A DNA stretch of 64,000 nt from Eledone cirrhosa (taxonomy: Eukaryota). The position numbers were made by a program, and so were the translations under genes. The notes under the pieces were generated by a model that worked only from the letters and a program-made list of their open reading frames with translations, did no database searches and had not been told where the DNA came from. Every line of letters starts with the position of its first letter. The first letter of the stretch is position 1. Below are positions 56,456-64,000 of this stretch, piece after piece. The stretch is taken from contig OZ024740.1 in NCBI GenBank assembly GCA_964016885.1, positions 37,944,001 to 38,008,000 of the forward strand. The letters run 5' to 3'.

Positions 56456-56609
56456 TAAGTACAGCAATTTAGCCTCTAAACAAAAAATATTTCAACAAAT
56501 ATGAACCAAATCTAAGAACATCATTGTCATATTTATTTTGTAACATTTTGATGAACTTGAAAAGAATTATGGTTATTAAAATTAAAAAAAAAAATTTTTC
56601 TAAACTTAC

Positions 56610-56821
56610 ACATCAAGTCTTTGAAAGTAGTTTTGTCATGAGTCATCAAATTGTCAATAACTATGCCCCAATGACACAAACACTTCAAATCCATTTGGAA
56701 AAAACTTGGATCCATCAGCAAATCAAATGCTTCCTTTCGCCAAGCCTTTCGTGTATACTGGTAACCACTGATACTGGATAAAAGCTGGGAGGCGGCTCTA
56801 AAGCTGGGTATATTGTGGCCA
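56610..56821 (-). CDS. DOP1: Dopey/DOP1 exon: (S)[70 protein letters not shown]
   Basis: ttctgtttag acceptor, gtaagt donor, phase 2->1; near-identical to DOP1[28 protein letters not shown]...[15 protein letters not shown] as recalled. Confidence 0.97.
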
Positions 56822-56868
56822 CTAAACAGAAATATGGAATCGTGAATGATTTTGATATGTAATAATTA

Positions 56869-58862
56869 TCGTATCTACTCATATATAAGCTGAGAAGTAT
56901 GTGACAACCCCCCCCCCCCCCCCCAAAAAAAAAACACACCAAAAAACTGATGGTAAAATGGGGGGATAGTTTATAGTCAAGGTCAATATTTTGCTGACTT
57001 TCACCAACTTCAAAATTCTACATAAATGAGGTGCTAAAATAGTTTCACTTTGGAGGTGACTATTACACTGGTTTCACTTTGGAGGTGGCTATTACACCAG
57101 TTCATTTCGACATTTTTTTTTAAAATTAATATGACCTTCAAAACACTCAGTAATTGGTAAAAAAAATCATTATATAATGGAGTTGTAAAACAAAAACTAT
57201 ACTTTAAACGACATTTAAAGCATTTTAAATATCAAAATATTAAAACTTCATAAATATATTCTAAAAGTAAGCCACTCTACTTGGCATTTGTCGACCTTGA
57301 GAAAGCCTTTGACAGAGTTCCACGTGCTGTAATCTGGTGGGCTCTTAGAAAACTAGGAGTAGATGAATGGCTTGTGAAAGTGGTACAAGCCATGTATAGA
57401 GGAGCAGTCAGCAAAGTTAGGATGAGCAATGAGTATAGCGAGGAATTTAGCGTACAGGTTGGGGTCCACCAGGGCTTTGTTCTTAGCCCCCTCCTGTTCA
57501 TCATAGTCCTGCAGGCAATAACAGAGGAGTTTAAGACCGGATGCCCATGGGAACTCCTGTATGCTGATGACCTCGCACTCATAGCTATGGTAGAACTAGA
57601 GAATAAATTCCAAACTTGGAAGCAGGGACTAGAAAGAAAGGGTCTCAAAGTCAACATGACAAAGACTAAGGTCCTTGTAAGTAGACGAGAAAACAGAACC
57701 CAGATCCTCTCAGGGAAATGGCCTTGCTCAGTATGTAGGAAAGGTGTAGGTAGGAACTCCATTCTCTGCCCCAAATGCAAACAATGGGTACACAAGAGAT
57801 GTAGCGGGATCTCAGGAAGCTTAATTAAGAATGTAGGCTTCACATGCAGCAGCTGTGCTGGGACAGCAAGCAGAAAACAGCCACAGGAAGCAAGTACCAC
57901 CAATCTCTGGGAGGGCTCTGTAGAAACAGTAGACAGCTTCTGCTACCTAGGTGACCGAATTAGCAGCGGAGGTGGGTGTTCAGAAAGTACAATAACTAGG
58001 GTAAGAACGGGATGGAAGAAGTTTAGGGAACTACTACCACTGCTAGCTGCAAAAGGCTTCTCTCTCAAAATGAAAGGCAGACTGTATGATGCGTGTATCC
58101 GAACAGCAATGTTGCATGGTAGTGAGACCTGGGCGCTGAAGGTGGAAGACTTACGTAGATTAGAGAGAAACAAAGCCTGCATGCTCCGATGGATGTGTAA
58201 CAGTAATATACGTGAACGACAAAGCATAAATGAATTGTGAGAGAGACTGAGCATAAGAGGAATCAAATGCTGTGTGCAGGAGAGGCAGTTGCGCTGGTAT
58301 GGACATGTGATGCGTATGAAGGATGACAGCTGCATAAAAAGGTGCAGAGCACTAGAAGTCGATGGAAACCGCGGAGTGGGGAGACCCAAGATGACCTGGG
58401 ATGAGGTGATAAAAGCCGACCTTACCCAATTACACCTCTCAAAGGCGATGACACACGACCGTGACCACTGGCGTCATGCAGTAATACAGAGTACCCGACC
58501 TCCCATGGGTACAAGCTGAAGCATATAGACAATATGCCCCCACACCGCAAGGTGGTCATGGAGGTGCCACGGCAAAAAAGCACCCAGCTCACACTGTAAA
58601 GTGGACGTGTAGGCGCCACGAAAAAGCACCCAGCACTCACTGTAAATGAGGTTGGTGTTAGGAAGGGCATCCAGCTGTAGAAATCAAGCCAAATCAGTTC
58701 CTGTATGAGCAAGGCATGGTCAGCCGACCAGACACTACCCACAACAGGACAACCCGTCTAACCCATGCTAGCGTGGAAGAACGGACGTAAAACGGTGATG
58801 ATGATGACTCATGAGAATTTCAAAATAGCACCATCCTAACATAATGTGTTGATTACCTGCCT
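56869..58862. mobile_element. Second copy of the Tc2/pogo-like MITE, interrupted by RTE copy 3; right TIR lost or degenerate
   Basis: TA|TCGTATCTACTCATATATAAGCTGAGA left end; aaatgaggtgctaaaata...cactttggaggtg...aaaacttcataaatatattct | actcatgagaatttcaaaa aligns with the 31385-34104 copy. Confidence 0.75.
57261..58806 (+). mobile_element. RTE-clade LINE copy 3, 5'-truncated; ORF 57281-58519 broken by AGA->TGA at 58238-58240
   Basis: FVDLEKAFDRV, YADD, RWYGHV motifs, (GAT)n tail; highly similar to copies 1 and 2, opposite strand. Confidence 0.95.
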
Positions 58863-59319
58863 TGACTTATAAACAAGGTTTGGATCCTTCAGGCTGTCAC
58901 TCCATCATCAGTAATGCCCAGTTCTCTGCCACACAGGGACAATCCCTTCAGCAGCACAAAAACAACTGCTACACATATGAAGGACACCATCTCATATGAA
59001 CAATAAACAGCTAAAGCCCTCAATGTTGCTATAAATGTTACACCTAACAATCACTGATCAGTGTTCATGGTAACCCCACATTTAAAGTATAACCACAAAC
59101 TTCCTCTTCAGAAAAATACTCCAGATCTGATCAGTTGGTGAATCGAAACAAAACTGTAGTATGCTGTATATTCAGCTGCAACCTCTGGCTTCAAAACCTC
59201 TACTTCATTTATTATTGAATCTATCTCTCTAAACTAGTTAGCTATAGACTACACGTAAGATGTATGAAACCTCCTCATACACCATTCTCTTTGACTCAAC
59301 TTATTGCATTTGTCTCATC

Positions 59320-59585
59320 TAGAAGATTAAATGGGAAGTTGTGAGTTCAATTCTCGGACCGGATGAGTTGTGTTCTTGAGCAAGACACTTTATTACACGT
59401 TGCTCCAGTTTACTCAGCTGTAAAAATGAGTTGTGACTTCAATGGTGCCAAGCTGTATCAGCCATTGCCTTTCCCTTGGACAACATCGGTGGCATGGAGA
59501 AGGGAGCCTGGTATACAAGGGTGACTGCTGGTCTCTCACAAACAACTTTGCCTGGCTTTTACTTTACCAGAAGATTCCATTCTAA
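59320..59585 (+). mobile_element. tRNA-derived SINE (third family)
   Basis: gtgagttcaattctcgg box-B-like motif, gttgtgttcttgagcaagacacttt, actcagctgtaaaaatgagt. Confidence 0.7.
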
Positions 59586-59749
59586 ATACTTTGTTCAAAT
59601 ATTCCTCCATAATACTTTAGACTACTACAACTCTCAATCCACACACGTTTCATGCAGACATTAAACATATTGATCTTATAACTAATAAAAACCAAGTGTG
59701 TACATATTTGTATAAAAGTGAATAATAAACAGTTAAAAACATAACAAAC

Positions 59750-59859
59750 CTATGATTTCTCAAATATGGGAAGACATTGTACATAATAGAAGTTAAGAAT
59801 GAGGCTATTCTTTCCTTCTCATCGCTGCCATAAACAACATCCAAGAGAGGGGCCGTCAG
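59750..59859 (-). CDS. DOP1: Dopey/DOP1 exon: LTAPLLDVVYGSDEKERIASFLTSIMYNVFPYLRNH(S)
   Basis: tcatacag acceptor, gtttgt donor, phase 0->2; resembles DOP1A LLDMVFYSDEKERV...PYLRNHS. Confidence 0.96.
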
Positions 59860-60419
59860 CTGTATGACAAACGAAAAATGTATATATATATATTAGGTAA
59901 TTCCAAAGGAAAAAAGAGTACTCTATGTATAGAACAGAGCTATCTAATTAAATATATATATAAATTTGTACACACAAATGGAATAACATGTGAAAACTAT
60001 TATACATACATAAAACTAAACACTCTATTCACACTTTTCTTTGATATAGATCGTTTCCACTAGAATTGTACAAATAAATTGAATATTCACACCCACCACA
60101 CACGTTTGCTATTGTTACCAAGTGAAAATCAATCTAATTTTTATGTAGTCCAGTCATACTTGGTTTACTTTATAAACTAGATTCTATATACGCTGGCAAC
60201 AATTAACTTATTATCCATCTGTCATTCTATTTATGCTATCCTTATACATTTATTGTTAGCATTTTTCATAGAATAATAAGTCAAAACAGGTAAAAATATT
60301 TGTCAAAATTCAGCCTAACTTAATGAACAAAATACAGAGATATTTGTTTTGTCAGATTAAAAGAATTTTTAATACACTTCTCTGCATTTCTGATGCATAT
60401 ACCCATGCACACAGGCACA

Positions 60420-60880
60420 CACATTTAACATCTATTTTCCATGTTTGCATGGGTTAGATGGGTTGTCACATTATGAGAAAAGTCAAATCAGGTAACCATG
60501 TATTGGACTATATACTGGATCAGGTGACCATGTATTGGCTTGGTTTCTATGACTGGATGTCCTTCCAACCACATTACAGTTTGGATTCAGTGTTTTTTTT
60601 TTTATTGTGGCACTGTAATGACTACCTCACAGTGTGGAGTGAATGCTTTCTGTTGTGTCACCAGCACAACCACCTTACTGGATAGACTGGATGCTTTCTG
60701 TTGTGTCACCAGCACAACCACCTTACTGGATAGACTGGATGCTTTCTGTTGTGTTACCAGCATGACCACTTTACAGAGTGGATTGGGTGCCTTTTGTTGT
60801 GTCATGAGCGCAACTACCCTACAAGGTGGGCTGTGTGCTTTTTGTTGTGTCATGAGCATGACCATTTTACAGAGTATAAA
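60420..60880 (-). mobile_element. Old RTE 3' UTR fragment with internal 48-bp tandem repeats
   Basis: catttaacatctattttccatgtttgcatgggttagatggg tail; repeated gctttctgttgtgtcaccagcacaaccaccttac. Confidence 0.75.
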
Positions 60881-60904
60881 AAAAAAATTAATTTTGTGTT
60901 TTAC

Positions 60905-61008
60905 CTCTGCCAATATGGTTAAAGCCTGTACACAGTATTTGACATCTGTATTAGAATATAGCTGAGGTTCAATGACTTTCCTTTCAGCCATATTTGTCAA
61001 TTCTACAT
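60905..61008 (-). CDS. DOP1: Dopey/DOP1 exon: (D)VELTNMAERKVIEPQLYSNTDVKYCVQALTILAE
   Basis: tcttctattgcag acceptor, gtaaaa donor, phase 1->0; YCVQALTILAE resembles DOP1A YSVHALTLLSE. Confidence 0.9.
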
Positions 61009-61100
61009 CTGCAATAGAAGATTTACCAACAGGAATCATACTTATAATTTAAGAAACCATGGAAAAAAAAAAACCTCTTTCAATTGGTAGTAATAATAAT

Positions 61101-61477
61101 TCTTTCTACGTTAGGCACAAGGCCAGCAATTACCCAGTGTATTACTGGTACTTTATTTTATCGACCCCGTAAGGATGAAAGGCAAAGTTAACCTCGGCGG
61201 GATTTGAACTCAGAATGGCAAGGGCCGTAACTCTATACGTCAAAGCATAGCGTCCGACCCTCTACCAAATGATTTCTACTTTGGGTCATTGTTTGAGGGA
61301 GGGGAAAGTCGATTAAATCGACCCCAGTGTATGACTGGTGCTTTATTTTATCGACCCCATAAGGATGAAAGGCAAAGCTAACATCAGTAGGATTTGAACT
61401 CAGAACGTAAAGGGTCATAACTCTATGCTGCAAAGCATTGTGTCTGACGCTCTACTGATTCTGCCAATCCATCACCC
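61101..61477 (-). mobile_element. Head-to-tail dimer of Nin-type tRNA SINEs inside one 17-bp TSD
   Basis: Two SINE bodies (~61101-61267 and ~61270-61477); TTGGTAGTAATAATAAT at 61084-61100 and 61478-61494. Confidence 0.85.
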
Positions 61478-62064
61478 TTGGTAGTAATAATAATGGCTTC
61501 TTTATTAGCCACATGACTGACATTAAGAAAATATTAAAGATGGCACAGGATGATAGAGTGTGGCTTTTGTATGTAAAAATGTTATAACAAAAACTAAAAA
61601 AAAATTCAAATAAAATACTAATAATAAGTTAAGTAGTTCATTTACAAATTTTATTGTAGTTTAACAAAATGAGTGTTCATACTTTTTGGATTTGATGGCT
61701 TATTATTAATTTCATTTTACAAAGTTACTTGAATAATTGTATATCATATCAAATATTTTAAGGATATAAGAGAAGTTCAGCCAAGTAAAATATTGTTAAT
61801 ACATACAAATATTTATAAACTTGAATGTGTTTTTGATGTGTTATATACATATAATTCAAAGTTTTTTTAAGTTAATAACCTAATTATTGTGCATTTTGCT
61901 TAAAGTAAATAAGGTTAATAGTCTATAGATTTTAAAGTAGTGTATGCTAATTCTTAATAAAATGTTTTGTAATTAATTTTAGAATAATAACTATATTGTT
62001 GAATAACATGTGAGGAGAATATATAGAAATATTTCTGTTAAAAGGGGGAGGGGGTAAAACTCAC

Positions 62065-62215
62065 CACTTTCTTCAGTTGCTTCACCTTCTTCAGTTTCTA
62101 GAATATCAGTTTGAGGCCCTGGTTTTACTGCCAGATTTCTTCGAAGCCAAGTAGTTTGTTCTAAACAAAGACCTGCCACTGTGCTCACTGCTTCAACAAG
62201 TTTTTGAGCAATATC
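62065..62215 (-). CDS. DOP1: Dopey/DOP1 exon: DIAQKLVEAVSTVAGLCLEQTTWLRRNLAVKPGPQTDILETEEGEATEES
   Basis: tttag acceptor, gtgagt donor, phase 0->1; LEQTTWLRRNLxVK is the DOP1A signature as recalled. Confidence 0.96.
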
Positions 62216-62337
62216 CTAAAATATAAATAAATACATTAAACATGCAATTTCTTAATATGTAAGCATTCTAATCTTAAAACTAAAGAACTACTAAAAATTG
62301 CTACATTCAATTCTACTAGAGAAAGAAATATTTTTAC

Positions 62338-62404
62338 CTGAATATCTTTTTGACTTTTTCTATCTTCCATAGTCGGTGTCCTTTGTACAAATTCATTCAA
62401 AATC
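62338..62404 (-). CDS. DOP1: Dopey/DOP1 exon (first one seen in window): ILNEFVQRTPTMEDRKSQKDIQ
   Basis: ttcag acceptor, gtaaaa donor, phase 2->0; resembles DOP1A VLNEFIMKNPSLENKKDQRDLQ. Confidence 0.92.
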
Positions 62405-62408
62405 CTGA

Positions 62409-63145
62409 AGTTAAATATATAGGGATATTTTGAGAACTCTCAGTTAAATATATAGGGGTATTTTGAAAACTCTCAGTTAAATATATAGGGGTATTTTGAA
62501 AACTCTCAGTTAAATATATAGGGGTATTTTGAAAACTCTCAGTTAAATATATAGGGGTATTTTGAAAACTCTCAGTTAAATATATAGGGGTATTTTGAAA
62601 ACTCTCAGTTAAATATATAGGGGTATTTTGAAAACTCTCAGTTAAATATATAGGGGTATTTTGAAAACTCTCAGTTAAATATATAGGGGTATTTTGAAAA
62701 CTCTCAGTTAAATATATAGGGATATTTTGAGAACTCTTAGTTAAATATATAAGGATATTTTGAGAACTCTTAGTTAAATATATAGGGATATTTTGAGAAC
62801 TCTCGGTTAAATATATAGGGATATTTTGAGAACTCTTAGTTAAATATATAGGGATATTTTGAGAACTTTCAGTTAAATATATAGGGATATTTTGAGAACT
62901 CTCGGTTAAATATATAGGGATATTTTGAGAACTCTCAGTTAAATATATAGGGATATTTTGAGAACTCTCAGTTAAATATATAGGGGTATTTTGAGAACTC
63001 TCGGTTAAATATATAGGGATATTTTGAGAACTCTCGGTTAAATATATAGGGATATTTTGAGAACTCTCAGTTAAATATATAGGGATATTTTGAGAACTCT
63101 CGGTTAAATATATAGGGATATTTTGAGAACTCTCAGTTTAATATT
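62409..63145. repeat. 33-bp minisatellite (~22 copies) abutting the splice acceptor
   Basis: Unit AGTTAAATATATAGGG(A/G)TATTTTGA(G/A)AACTCTC; starts 2 nt from the acceptor AG. Confidence 0.95.
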
Positions 63146-63644
63146 TACTTTGAGAATAGAATTTTTTGTTAAATATTTAGGAATACTTTGAGAACTTTCT
63201 GTTTGGGAAGACAGAAACATTCAAAATTACCTTTCCAGTGAAACAGAAGTCTGAATTTGATGTAGATGAAGCATTTAAACTGGTGAAATATTTCAAATAA
63301 AATCTTGATATTTCAAGTAAAAATGTAAAATATTAAAATATCCATGTGTAATCAAATTTACCTTTTTTAAAAGCAGATCATTACAATGTATATTAATTAC
63401 TGTATGCACTTGAATATAAGCTGGCTTCCTTTTACCATAGGTGTTTTGGTCACATATTCCTCAGCTTACAGTAGATTACTTACAATTAGTGATGTTAGTA
63501 ATGACATCATTTACCTTGTAGCAAACAACACATCTATAACTTTAAACTCTATGCAGTCATTAGTTGATTTCTTTCTAATATTTCAAACTAATAGGTTTGA
63601 GTGGACAAAGTTATCAGTTATTTGATAAACGCCATTAATATTAT

Positions 63645-64000
63645 TAAGTAAACATTAACAGTGATGAGTTTGAAGTGAAGTTTAGAGTGCATTAGGGATC
63701 AGTATAAAGCCCACAATCTTTTGTAGCTATGATGGAGGTACTGGCCTGAAGTATCAAAGAGGGTTTGCTGTACATAGATGACCTGGTGTTAATAGTAGAG
63801 AATATGGATGAACTGAGGGAGAAGATTATGTGGAAAGAATGTATGAAGGCAAATAGTATGAAGGTAAATACTGGAAAGACGAAGGTGATGGCAAGTGATA
63901 AAGCATTTGGTGAGATGGAAAGAACAGGAGGGTGGCTGGGTACAGTGTGTGTGTGGAGGGTGTTGGAGTGAATTATATTAAATGTACAATATGTACATAT
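63645..64000 (+). mobile_element. Old disrupted RTE RT fragment running off the right edge
   Basis: LYIDDLVL...MKVNTGKTKVM translation; degenerate HQGS region (gtgcattagggatcag). Confidence 0.8.

Noticed and set aside
60602-61039. 145-aa minus-strand ORF as one coding unit
   Set aside because: Only 60905-61008 is exon; the rest reads through 48-bp repeats of an RTE 3' UTR, and the upstream AG at 61041 gives the wrong phase
63231-63280. Possible upstream DOP1 exon (caccag...GAAAG|gtaatt)
   Set aside because: Translation does not resemble the expected preceding Dopey segment; the real exon is probably beyond 64000

Overview
AT-rich metazoan genomic DNA; a coleoid cephalopod (octopus-like) origin is inferred from the Nin-domain tRNA SINEs, (CAT)n-tailed RTE LINEs and dense (TA)n/(CA)n tracts. 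The whole window lies inside one minus-strand gene, a Dopey/DOP1-family trafficking scaffold. I traced ten phase-consistent GT-AG exons of its C-terminal region (62404 down to 15719); the gene starts right of the window and ends left of it. The introns hold a >15 kb 64-bp satellite with nested higher-order duplications, about a dozen minisatellites, three young RTE LINE copies plus old fragments, a near-intact Chapaev3-like DNA transposon, piggyBac- and Tc2/pogo-type MITEs, SINEs and Penelope-like remnants. Best leads: (1) three type-I hammerhead ribozyme motifs at 33.4-33.9 kb, two forming the arms of a 339-bp near-perfect palindrome; (2) inverted RTE copies bracketing a 558-nt in-frame block of four exons; (3) two RTE insertions about 40 bp apart in two copies of one MITE; (4) candidate phase-2 microexons in a 37-kb intron; (5) tandem repeats seeded at splice junctions. 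All calls are by eye, with no searches run.
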